Sequence record: SRR31156797_353
Length of the DNA stretch: 57,505 nucleotides
Direction: 5' to 3' (one strand)
Position numbers and translations under genes: made by a program. Shown in pieces: positions 30,445-40,199 of the stretch; the stretch's first letter is position 1, and each line of letters starts with the position of its first letter. The notes beneath the pieces were generated by a model. That model ran no database searches. It was not told the DNA's origin and saw only the letters and a list, made by a program, of their open reading frames with translations.

Positions 30445-32244
30445 CTATGCTAAATCCACTTCCAACGGAATCAGACGACTGGCGTTAACATCAATGATCC
30501 CTTTATCGGAGAGCTTAAATTCCGTCAGGGTCGGGCATGCTGCAAAGGCCAGGGTCATAAAGGGCGAGGGGAGATTACATCCCAGGTCTTTAGCGGCCAG
30601 GGTGAGTTTATGCAGCTCCTCAATGACCTGCTCATAAGGCTGTTGAGACATCAACCCACCCAGGGGGAGGGGCAGTTCTGCAAGTATTTCTCCCTGATTG
30701 CACACCACAATGCCGCCCTGCAAGGTGATCAGCCGATTGACGGCGATTGCCATATCCCTGTTGGTAACCCCAACGGTCACAATTTGGTGGATATCTGGGG
30801 CAATACTGCTGGCGATCGCCCCTTGGGTAAGCCCAAATCCCTTGACCAAACCTTGGCCTATGTTGGTTGGTTCGGTTTTGCCATGGCGTTCAATCACCGC
30901 GAGTTTGAGAATATCCCTGTCAACATCGGGCACAATTTCACCGTGGGCAACTTCTAGGTGCTCGGGTTCGTCAAGGCTGATAATCTGATCCGGGAATACT
31001 TTGAGGACGTGGGCCTTGGTACTGCTGGCCTGGTTTGTCTTGAGGGTAAAGTCCTTAGCGCGCAGTTGCTTAGGCACCTGCACTGTATTAACCATCCAAG
31101 AGGGGTAGCTGGCGGGAGGGAGATCCACCAGTAATTGTCCGTTGGCTGCCACACGTTGCCCATTGACAATGACTTGATTTACAACAAAGTTTTCTAGATC
31201 ATCAACCAGCAGAATATCGGCCATTTTACCGGGGGCGATACCACCAATATCGCGATCTAAACCAAAATACTCTGCTGAGTTGAGGGAGGCCATTTGCACC
31301 ACCGTTACTGGATCGATGCCTGCTTGGATGGCTTTCCGTACGAGATCATCTACCAACCCTTCTGCAGCAATTTCTCGGATATCTTTGTCGTCCACGCAAA
31401 AGCAGCAGCGGCGCGAGCTTAAATGCTGCTTGGTGATAGTTTTAATCAACTCATCCAGGTTGCGCATACTGGAGCCTTCCCGGATCACCAAACGCAGGCC
31501 CAAGCGAATCCGCTCAATGCCTTCTGCGAGGGAAATGGCCTCATGGTCCGATTGAATTCCAGCTGCTGCGTAAGCATTGAGGGCTTTGCCAGTGAATTCA
31601 GGGGCGCTGCCATCGATGGTTTTGTCATGGCTATAGGCCAGCTGAATCTCCTGGTGAATGGTGGGGTCATTTTGAAGCAGATCATTGAAGAGCACAACTT
31701 CCCCCAGTCCCACAGTTTTGGGTTGTGCCATCAGGTTTTCAAGGTCTGTAAGGGTAAACTCATGGGCCGGGGTCACTAGAGCAGGTGACGCACAGGGAAC
31801 CCCTTGTGCCGCAGTGGCAAAAAACTTCAGCGGAGTGCTGCTGCATTCTGTCAATAAGTGCTGGATGCCTTCAGCACCAAGAACGTTGGCGGTCCAGAGC
31901 GTTTCCCAGTTGACAGCAGTAGTGCCTCGGGGCAGTACTGCCCGTGCAAACTGGCTCGGGGTTACTGCGCTGGCTTCAATGTGGACGTGGGCATCGATTA
32001 AGCCGGGCGACAGGGACATCCCGTGGGCGTTTAAAACATCGGTTTGGGGACCAATGGTATGGTTAACCTCGCCGACAAGGGCAATGCGTTCTCCCTTGAT
32101 TGCCACGTCGGCAGGGTAAATTTCACCACTAAATACGTTGATTAACTGTCCACCGCAAATCACCCGATCGGAGGGTTGGCGCCCCATTGCTACATTGACT
32201 AAATCTTCTCGCCGTACAGCGGTCTGAATAGGCTTAAGCATCAA
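30445..32244 (-). CDS. Adenine deaminase (Ade) family amidohydrolase with divergent active-site motifs
   Basis: DAHVHIE, GEV, SDHE, IREGS, VDD, C-terminal LPLGGLMS/SPFMTL; the DPHE and GHxP motifs are altered. Confidence 0.88.
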   Translation of the reverse strand: MMLKPIQTAVRREDLVNVAMGRQPSDRVICGGQLINVFSGEIYPADVAIKGERIALVGEVNHTIGPQTDVLNAHGMSLSPGLIDAHVHIEASAVTPSQFARAVLPRGTTAVNWETLWTANVLGAEGIQHLLTECSSTPLKFFATAAQGVPCASPALVTPAHEFTLTDLENLMAQPKTVGLGEVVLFNDLLQNDPTIHQEIQLAYSHDKTIDGSAPEFTGKALNAYAAAGIQSDHEAISLAEGIERIRLGLRLVIREGSSMRNLDELIKTITKQHLSSRRCCFCVDDKDIREIAAEGLVDDLVRKAIQAGIDPVTVVQMASLNSAEYFGLDRDIGGIAPGKMADILLVDDLENFVVNQVIVNGQRVAANGQLLVDLPPASYPSWMVNTVQVPKQLRAKDFTLKTNQASSTKAHVLKVFPDQIISLDEPEHLEVAHGEIVPDVDRDILKLAVIERHGKTEPTNIGQGLVKGFGLTQGAIASSIAPDIHQIVTVGVTNRDMAIAVNRLITLQGGIVVCNQGEILAELPLPLGGLMSQQPYEQVIEELHKLTLAAKDLGCNLPSPFMTLAFAACPTLTEFKLSDKGIIDVNASRLIPLEVDLA

Positions 32245-32321
32245 GTTTCACCTTTATATCTTAAAAACAACTGGTCTTGTTGTTCTTTAAAACTAGTAAG
32301 AGGGGGAACCGTGGCAGAAGC

Positions 32322-32939
32322 TCACAGATCATCCTCATCCCGGAGTGCTAATTCAATTTGCTGGAGTGTGTCAGTAAAAGAGCCGGCCTCTGGGACTTCG
32401 GGTAGGCTGAGCAGGAGGAGGTCTTTGATGCCTCGTCGCTGAATTTCGGCCTTCAGCTCTTCGGTAAAGACACCCTCTGTGGCCCCGAAACGTTGAAGGG
32501 GACTAGCGTTCCAAACCATGCCGCCCCAGATTTGCTCAGAATCCGCTTCGACCGCAGAGCACTTGAGGCCGCACGTCGGGCTACCGTCCCTGAACACGAT
32601 GCCGACCACCTGATGATCGTTGTCACTGTAAGTTTGAATCTGGTCGCATGTCTGTTCCGCGATCTGTCGGCAATGTCGACGAAACATAGGATTACTATAC
32701 ATTTTCTTGACCTGGCCCCAGCGCATTGAGCCCAGGTAAGTCACTTCCGGGCAAGGCATTTGGTACATCGCTACATCATTGTCGAGCGCCAGATCGACCA
32801 TCTCGCGAATCACAGCCGGTTGACTTGCCAAGCCGCGCACACATGCGTTTTGGTTGAGAATGCAATGCGACAGGAATACCAGTTTTCCAGACCTGGCATC
32901 CTGCAGGCTGGCTTTTATCTGCCCTATCTTTTCAGTCAT
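32322..32939 (-). CDS. TudS-related (DUF523-like/CD3072-type) putative [4Fe-4S] desulfidase
   Basis: SHCILNQN, QMPCPE and DGSPTCG three-Cys pattern; GAGGAG RBS before ATG 32939. Confidence 0.75.
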   Translation of the reverse strand: MTEKIGQIKASLQDARSGKLVFLSHCILNQNACVRGLASQPAVIREMVDLALDNDVAMYQMPCPEVTYLGSMRWGQVKKMYSNPMFRRHCRQIAEQTCDQIQTYSDNDHQVVGIVFRDGSPTCGLKCSAVEADSEQIWGGMVWNASPLQRFGATEGVFTEELKAEIQRRGIKDLLLLSLPEVPEAGSFTDTLQQIELALRDEDDL

Positions 32940-32990
32940 GATCGCTCCTCTGTTTGAAGTGATAAACAATACTCTCTTCGGCCAACCGTA

Positions 32991-33854
32991 TCAGTAAGTG
33001 ATTGAAGGCAGGTAAGCACCTGTGGGCTCATTATAAAGGCCAAGGGTTATGAGGTTTGCCTGGCAGGCAAACCGGAGACCTTTGTTCAAGCACCAGCGAA
33101 CCAGATCTCCGTTGCGCGATGGCACAAGGAACCCCACACCTGGGAACTTGGGTGCTGCTCCAATTAACGCTTTCAAATCGTCATTGGACTCGGCGACGGC
33201 GTGGCCGGACCAGCCGATCCCTGTGGAATAGCCAGTTATACGGTCCAGACGTTGAACAATGGTGGCAGTTTCTTGGCGGATCGCGTCAATGAGCTCACCC
33301 GAACGATCGTGACCATGTACACGGTAGCAAAGTTGGTTGCATGCTGATAAATCCTTGTCTAGCGCTGGGCGGACATCATAACCTGAGATTTTAAGGGCGA
33401 GTGGCTTTCCCTGCATTGCTGAGAATGTCTCCAGGCAGTTAAAGCCCAACTTGGCGTAAAGCGCGAGCGCACGATAGTGCCAGGAGATCACCACACCCCG
33501 TAAACCAGGAAAGCGCGGTTGAACAGCGCGATTAATAATTGCCTGCATGAGTTGCCGCCCGATCGTAGTATTCATCACAAGAGGATCGATCGATAGCAGG
33601 CTTGCCCCAGCTATTACCGAGCGCTCATCAAGGAAAATACTGCCGACAACTTTTCCATTCAATTCAGCCACGACCGAATAAAAACCAGGGTGCGAGAGTC
33701 GCATGGTTATGAGTTCAGTGGCAATCTCTATCGTAGGCATTTGTGGTGCAAAATTATGTTGCTCGGCAATGGATTTGAACGCCTCGTAACAAATTCTTCC
33801 ACACTCTTTGGCATCTGCGATAACACCGGGTCGTAGCATCAGTTCCATGGTCAT
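32991..33854 (-). CDS. GNAT family N-acetyltransferase (two-domain)
   Basis: VVAELNGKVVG, IGRQLM, LALYAKLGF GNAT fold motifs. Confidence 0.8.
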   Translation of the reverse strand: MTMELMLRPGVIADAKECGRICYEAFKSIAEQHNFAPQMPTIEIATELITMRLSHPGFYSVVAELNGKVVGSIFLDERSVIAGASLLSIDPLVMNTTIGRQLMQAIINRAVQPRFPGLRGVVISWHYRALALYAKLGFNCLETFSAMQGKPLALKISGYDVRPALDKDLSACNQLCYRVHGHDRSGELIDAIRQETATIVQRLDRITGYSTGIGWSGHAVAESNDDLKALIGAAPKFPGVGFLVPSRNGDLVRWCLNKGLRFACQANLITLGLYNEPTGAYLPSITY

Positions 33855-34607
33855 CCATCCTTTTCGTTTGCAAGAAAAACAGCCTATAAATAATATAGTA
33901 TCTTTATATCACGCAAAAAAGAACAAGATACAGCACTGTGGCTGTGCTTCTTCGAAACAGAAAACGAATTCCTTTGCCAATCAATATATTTTTACTTCCT
34001 CAGAATTTTACCAGAGGCAGTATTATTCAGCGAGCGCACCATTTTTGTTCCGCTGCAATAGTTTTTTAGTGATACCCTCCCACAAATGATGAACGATCAA
34101 TATTTCAAATAGCTACCATATTTAATGCCATAATAGCGGGTCTAGTTTAATTCGTTGTTTTTTCGATATAAATAGAAAGCGTTGATACGGCCCCTATAGG
34201 CTTAAGAGGGAAAGTGGTGCATTTAGAGCAAGCATGGTGGTTCTTTTCAACCAAGAACCAACCCCAATCTCTACAACAGCTTTATAGATCAGTTTAGGGA
34301 GGATGCTGTCTACAAACAACAGTCATCTTTGCGTTACCGAGGGTCTGTGAAACAAAATTATTTAGAAAGCAGTTTTGTGACCGCAGTGAACTAAGAATTC
34401 AGATGGAGACAAATGGGCATACAATATTCAGAGGGAAAAATTACATTTGAAGATTAGTTTTTATTTTTATAATGTATATCGTATATTGCAGTTGTCAGGT
34501 ACTAGCACCTTTCTCCCTGATTTGACAATCGGCATCAACCCGTATAGTATTTTTCATGCGACTTTTCCGATGATATCTCCTTTAGGATCCCAAAGGCAAC
34601 GTACAAT

Positions 34608-35879
34608 ATGATTACTTCCATCACAATACGCATCGCTCTCCTCTTTGTAATGCTCGTTGGTACATTGTTAACATCATCTTGTGAGAAGTCTGCTGACGTA
34701 ACCTTTATCTGTCAAGATTCGCTGGGTTGTGTAGAAATTGCCCCCGACGAACCATTGCAAATTGGTGTATTGCAGGCTGTAAGCGGGGCTGTTGCTCCTT
34801 TGGGACAGGCTCAAATAAGAGGGCTTGAACTCGCTATGGAGTCCCGTGACAACATGTTCCTCGGCCACCCCATATCCCTCCAGATTGAAAATACCTGGTG
34901 TACACCTGAAGGAGGTGCCAATGCAGCCCTCAAAGTAATAGCTGATCCGCAGATGGTCGGAATCTTTGGCACTACCTGTTCAGGTGCTGCCGTCACCGCC
35001 TCAAAAGCGATGTCCGCAGCAGGTTTGGTAATGATTTCAGGCAACAACTCTGCACCGTTTCTTACCTCCATCGCTGCGAAAAAAGCTCCTAATTGGCAGG
35101 ATGGTTACTTCCGCACAGCACCCAATGAAGAATCTGCAGGTCAAGTTGCTGCGGAATACGCCTCTTTGGAACTTGGCTTTGGCAAGGTTGCAGTCATACA
35201 TGATAATGATATCTATACCAAAGGGCTTGTCGACAGTTTTGTAAAAGGTTTTAAGGAGCTGGGTGGATCAATCGTTCTGTATACTGCAGTCAACAAAGGT
35301 GATACAGAGATGCAGCCGGTGCTTGAGGCAGTAGCTAAATCCGGAGCAGAATTGCTCTTTTTTCCGCTTTTCCAGCCCGAAGGAAACCGAATACTTGCCC
35401 AGGCAAGGAAGATGGAAGCAATGGAAGACATTATTTTAATGAGCGACGGTGCCCTGATACAAGAGTCATTTTTGGAAGATGTTGGCGATCTTGCCAGTGG
35501 AATGTATTTTGTTGGACCTACAAAACCCAATGGCCCTGAGGTCGAGAAAATGGCAGCCAGGTATGTCAAAAAATATAAAGAAGATCCTATCGTCTCCTAC
35601 TATCTCAGTGGTCATGATGCTGCAGTTCTGCTTTTTCATGCTTTGGAGGAAACTGCGGTTCGCAGTGATGACGGGACGCTATATATCCAGCGTCAGGCTC
35701 TGCGAGATTCCCTTTATTCAATCACCACACTGGATGGCGTAACTGGCACACTAAGCTGCAATAGGTTTGGTGACTGTGCCGTCCCAGCATTTAATGTACT
35801 TCGTTTGGATACTCCGGCTCTGGGCTTGAAAGGTCTGGAGACAAATGTTGTTTATGCAAACAGAAAAAATAATAAATAG
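34608..35879 (+). CDS. Branched-chain amino acid-type (LivJ-like) substrate-binding lipoprotein
   Basis: Lipobox LTSSC, GTTCSG, YFRTAPN, HDNDIY.KGL, GVTG.L. Confidence 0.85.
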   Translation: MITSITIRIALLFVMLVGTLLTSSCEKSADVTFICQDSLGCVEIAPDEPLQIGVLQAVSGAVAPLGQAQIRGLELAMESRDNMFLGHPISLQIENTWCTPEGGANAALKVIADPQMVGIFGTTCSGAAVTASKAMSAAGLVMISGNNSAPFLTSIAAKKAPNWQDGYFRTAPNEESAGQVAAEYASLELGFGKVAVIHDNDIYTKGLVDSFVKGFKELGGSIVLYTAVNKGDTEMQPVLEAVAKSGAELLFFPLFQPEGNRILAQARKMEAMEDIILMSDGALIQESFLEDVGDLASGMYFVGPTKPNGPEVEKMAARYVKKYKEDPIVSYYLSGHDAAVLLFHALEETAVRSDDGTLYIQRQALRDSLYSITTLDGVTGTLSCNRFGDCAVPAFNVLRLDTPALGLKGLETNVVYANRKNNK

Positions 35880-35903
35880 CCGGATTACCAAGGTAACCAA
35901 CCA

Positions 35904-38900
35904 ATGGTGAAAAGGAGTATGAGTTGGAAAAGGACGGGAATAAGTAAAAAATTCCGACTTATTTTTATCCTTTTGCTGGGCCTGGTTCTTTTAAGAACCC
36001 TCGCTGGCTATCTTTCCTTTCAATATATTAACAAGCAAAGAGATAGTATCCAAACAAGCAGCAAGATAGGGCAGCTTGTTATGGAAATGGATAGGGGACT
36101 TGAACTCGCTCGGCGCTTGCATGGTAATTTTTTTATGTATTACGACCGGGTAGGACTCCAGGAGGCACATGAGCAATACGCTCAGCCATCCATACGTGAG
36201 ATTGCCCAGGTCATTACTCAAAGTAAGCAGCTTAAAAATCTTTTATCCAATGCTGATCATCGCCACATAGATGATGTTGAGCCGGCGGATGTCAACCTGT
36301 ACCTTGCCTTTGCAAAGCGTTTTGCAGATACATCCATCCAAGCCGTTGAGTTAATATCTCGGCGTGCTGCCCCCAATAAAGGTATTGAGGCCCAGCTTCT
36401 TGTGGCGAGTTCAACTGCTTCTATTCTTTTGCAGCATCGGCCCGGACTGCAACTTCTTTTCTTTGATGCACGTTCCCACCTCAAGGATTACCTTCTTCAT
36501 CGGCAGCGTTTTCAAATGCAGTCTTCATTAAATATTCTCGACGGTATATTGAATAGGATTTCTCAAGCCCCCTCCATTAAAAATACAGAAGACCAACAGT
36601 TGGCCGATAACATCACAGCCATACAAAGAATCGGCCTCACATTAGCTAATATCGATCAGGAGATCAGTGGTAAACTGCGTGATTTCCAGCTACAGGCCGA
36701 GATCGTTGCCCCGGTATCAAAAAAACTCATCCGAAATACCCAAAAAGATATTGCCGCAGCGGAACAAGGCATTGAGCGAGCAATGAATATTTCAAGGCTG
36801 ACGATGATTATCAGCACACTTTTTACCGTGTTGATCCTTCTTTATATTGCACGACTGGTCCATACCAGTATTGCCCTTAATATAATGGAACTGACTAAAA
36901 CTGCTTCTGCTCACAGCGAAGGAAAACTCGATGTCCGTGCTCGGGTAACAGACAATAATGAAATCGGTCAACTTGCTGCCACCTATAACAACATGGCAGA
37001 AAGGCTGAGCGACATGATTAACAACCTGGAAGGAAAAGTAGCAGCACGAACTGCTGAACTCTCATTGAGTGAGGAACGCTTTCGCCGCCTTGTGAATGAC
37101 CTACCTCAAATTGCCGTTCAGGGTTTTAATGCGGCCGGGGAGATTATCTATTGGAACAAGGCTAGTGAGTCACTGTATGGGTATTCCGAAGAGGAAGCAC
37201 TCGGCAAGGAATTCATAGAGCTGATATTTCCTCTGGCCCAGAGAAATGAAGCCAGGGCCCAAATTCAATCGTGGCTCCTGGAAGAAACGATTATTCCTGC
37301 TGTAGAAAGAACGCTCCAGCAACGTGGCGGGAAAGACGTGAGTGCTTTAATTTCTTATGCAATGCAGACCAGTAGTTTGGGTGAGAAAAAGATGTATTGT
37401 ATTGGGATTGATCTGGCAGAACTCAAGCAGGCGCAAGCACGAGCAAAGGTCAACGTCTCGCTCTACCGACAGCTCTTTGATCATTCCAGCAGTGGTGTCA
37501 TTGTCTATAAAACAATTGATGGAGGAAATAGCTTTATCATAATGGACATCAACCGTGCCAGTGAGAAAATTGAACAATTGAAACGGGAGGATGTACTGGG
37601 TCACTCCGTTATGGAGGTATTTCCAGGCTTTAAAGAGTTAGGCCTTCTTGAAGCGTTCCGATCTGTATGGAAAACAGGTGAACCTGTACATCTTCAAGCA
37701 TCTCACTATTCAGATAGTCGGATCCGTGGGTGGAGAGAGAACAGAGTGTATAGACTCCCTTCTGGTGAAATTGTAGCAGTATATGACGATGTTACTGCAC
37801 AGATGAATGCGGAAGAGGAGAAACATGCCATGGAACTACGACTGCAACGGTCACAGAAAATGGAGACAATCGGATTAATGGCTGGAGGTATCGCCCATGA
37901 TCTAAATAATATTCTGTCTGCCATCATCGGCTATCCGGATCTCATGCTTTCACGACTAAGTCCAGAAAATGAACTACGAAAACCACTCGGATCGATTAAG
38001 TCAGCTGGTGAGCGGGCAGCTGCAATTGTCGAGGACCTGCTTACTGTTGCCCGAGGTGTGGCGAGTGCCAAAAATCCTGCTCATCTCAACACATTGATTG
38101 CTGAATACCTTGAGTCACCGGAGTTTTATCAGCTCCAAGAAAGGTTCCCCAATATCCGATTTGAAAGTGATTTTAACCAGGATATTCCAACCATCCTCTG
38201 TTCGTCTGTTCATGTAAAGAAATGTATCATGAACCTTGCCGCCAATGGTGCCGAAGCTATCAAAACAACTGGTTTTGTGAAATTTTCTACAAGGCCCTGT
38301 ACTGCTGATGAGGATTGGCTCAATAGCCATGGTCTTGAAAACACAACATACATTGTCTTGGATATTGTCGACAACGGAACCGGTATTCCCGAAAAAGATC
38401 TTAAGCACATATTCGAACCGTTTTACACCAAAAAGGTGATGGGAAAGAGAAGTGGAACAGGACTCGGTCTCTCCGTCGTATGGAACACCATGAAAGAACA
38501 TGACGGAGCTGTGTTTGTATCCAGTGGTGCTGGCGGAACCTCATTTGAACTCTATTTTCCTATTGCCGATGAGTTTCAGGCAAGTCAAGATGTAACTGCT
38601 GACCATATCAACCTACAGGGTAACGGCGAAAAGATTCTTGTCGTGGATGATGAGGGGCAACAACGAGAACTCGCAGTGGAAATGCTGGAGCATTTTGGCT
38701 ACAGCGTCATTAGTAGGAGCTCCGGAGAAGAAGCTGTCAGCTATTTAAAAGACAACAATGTTGCTCTCATCCTGCTTGATATGATCATGGACCCAGGGAT
38801 AAATGGTCGTGAGACGTACAGATTGATCAAAGACATGAAACCGGCGCAAAAAGCTATTATTGCCAGCGGATTTTCTGATGATATTGATGTGAAAGAAACC

Positions 38901-38990
38901 ATCCTGATGGGTGCGGGTAAATATATCAAGAAGCCATATACTATGCAGGACCTCGCAGAGGCTGTTCAACAAGAGTTACAACGTGGGTAG
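35904..38990 (+). CDS. Hybrid sensor histidine kinase (2 TM, helical periplasmic domain, HAMP, 2 PAS, HisKA, HATPase, REC)
   Basis: AGGIAHDLNN H-box, GTGLGL, ILVVDDE/LLDMIM receiver. Confidence 0.92.
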   Translation: MVKRSMSWKRTGISKKFRLIFILLLGLVLLRTLAGYLSFQYINKQRDSIQTSSKIGQLVMEMDRGLELARRLHGNFFMYYDRVGLQEAHEQYAQPSIREIAQVITQSKQLKNLLSNADHRHIDDVEPADVNLYLAFAKRFADTSIQAVELISRRAAPNKGIEAQLLVASSTASILLQHRPGLQLLFFDARSHLKDYLLHRQRFQMQSSLNILDGILNRISQAPSIKNTEDQQLADNITAIQRIGLTLANIDQEISGKLRDFQLQAEIVAPVSKKLIRNTQKDIAAAEQGIERAMNISRLTMIISTLFTVLILLYIARLVHTSIALNIMELTKTASAHSEGKLDVRARVTDNNEIGQLAATYNNMAERLSDMINNLEGKVAARTAELSLSEERFRRLVNDLPQIAVQGFNAAGEIIYWNKASESLYGYSEEEALGKEFIELIFPLAQRNEARAQIQSWLLEETIIPAVERTLQQRGGKDVSALISYAMQTSSLGEKKMYCIGIDLAELKQAQARAKVNVSLYRQLFDHSSSGVIVYKTIDGGNSFIIMDINRASEKIEQLKREDVLGHSVMEVFPGFKELGLLEAFRSVWKTGEPVHLQASHYSDSRIRGWRENRVYRLPSGEIVAVYDDVTAQMNAEEEKHAMELRLQRSQKMETIGLMAGGIAHDLNNILSAIIGYPDLMLSRLSPENELRKPLGSIKSAGERAAAIVEDLLTVARGVASAKNPAHLNTLIAEYLESPEFYQLQERFPNIRFESDFNQDIPTILCSSVHVKKCIMNLAANGAEAIKTTGFVKFSTRPCTADEDWLNSHGLENTTYIVLDIVDNGTGIPEKDLKHIFEPFYTKKVMGKRSGTGLGLSVVWNTMKEHDGAVFVSSGAGGTSFELYFPIADEFQASQDVTADHINLQGNGEKILVVDDEGQQRELAVEMLEHFGYSVISRSSGEEAVSYLKDNNVALILLDMIMDPGINGRETYRLIKDMKPAQKAIIASGFSDDIDVKETILMGAGKYIKKPYTMQDLAEAVQQELQRG

Positions 38991-39230
38991 TGTTATCTAC
39001 TTTCTTCTGCGGGAGAGGAACCTTTAGGGGGGATGAGGAGTAATGATCTTCGGAAATGTTTATATTTTTTCTGATAAGACCAGCATCGCCTGCGGTTTTG
39101 GAGAGTTGGCCTTATCTCCGGCATATTCAAAAAGAAGATTCTTCGAACAGAGGATTACAGAATAGGCGTGAGTGAATTATAGCTGTAAGGTGAAACATGA
39201 TCGGCCGTGACAAGCTAATAGATGCAACTG

Positions 39231-39776
39231 CTAACACGCCAACTTCAAGCGGAACGCTCGGGAATCATGAAAATCCGGTTTCTGCCCTGGGTGTATCAAA
39301 GACCAATAGCTCATTGTGCTGGAACGGTGAAGAAGAATACAGCTTATCCCCACCTGTATAGATGACGTCATCTTGTGAGAACCACGCAAAGGAATGCTGC
39401 AACGAAGGACAACCTTGTCTGGTTCAACGGAAATCGTTGAATCAAGATGGTCTATTGTAGACTCCTCAGCCATCCCTGTTCGGTATTTTTTGAAATAGTA
39501 GACATTCCAATCACCATTAGGTGAGAGGTTCACCTCATTGTAGTCTTCACGACCGGTACCTTGCGCAAAACATTCAAAACAACTCCCCCTCCAGAGACCG
39601 TCACGGCGAACTGCAGGTGCCTGTGGTTGAGGCATATTGATCGACTTGATATCGCCTGTCACTCGATATATGATATCGAGGAAGCCGTTATGTATACTTA
39701 TTGAGCCATTGACCCCTTCAATACTTTTGCCAGGAGTTGAAAAAGGCACTAGATAAAAACCGTTGTCAATAGCCAT
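39231..39776 (-). CDS. DOMON-like domain protein
   Basis: RRDGLW..SCFECF, EVNLSPNGDWNVY, YWSLIHP..KPDFHD; likely start ATG 39776. Confidence 0.75.
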   Translation of the reverse strand: MAIDNGFYLVPFSTPGKSIEGVNGSISIHNGFLDIIYRVTGDIKSINMPQPQAPAVRRDGLWRGSCFECFAQGTGREDYNEVNLSPNGDWNVYYFKKYRTGMAEESTIDHLDSTISVEPDKVVLRCSIPLRGSHKMTSSIQVGISCILLHRSSTMSYWSLIHPGQKPDFHDSRAFRLKLAC

Positions 39777-39798
39777 CGTGATTAGTCTGCTTATAGTA

Positions 39799-40090
39799 CT
39801 AAATCCATTTGGAAAGCTCCGAGTATAAACTGTCGAGCGTAAATGGCCTTGCAATTAATGAGTCCATGCCTGATTCAAATGCACGAATTCGCTCGGCATC
39901 CAATGCTGCTCCCGTCATTGCCAGGATCGGAACGCGATTGTCCGGCTTTTCAATTTTTCTCATTTTTATCGTCGCTTCGAGCCCATTCATAACAGGCATC
40001 TGGATATCCATAAGTATGAGATCGACGGAAATATTGGATTCAATTGTACCAACAGCTTCTTCTCCATTATTCACAATTATTACCGCAAAA
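39799..40090 (-). pseudogene. Truncated receiver domain (C-terminal remnant of a hybrid kinase)
   Basis: NGEEA, DLILMDIQMPVMNGLEAT, PILAMT present; the N-terminal acidic beta1 motif and a credible start are missing, and the conserved KP reads RP. Confidence 0.6.
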
Positions 40091-40199
40091 AAAAGGTCTT
40101 TGCATTCAGTGATGCGGCCAGTAAGAGTAATTGTCACCCCACTCACAAAATGAGTTCGAACATGAAGCTACTTTGATGAGGTCTAAGATTTTAATATAA

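Noticed and set aside
33860-34600. Long intergenic gap as a hidden gene, sRNA or IS remnant
   Set aside because: Only short ORFs without credible starts and one small hairpin; nothing supportable.
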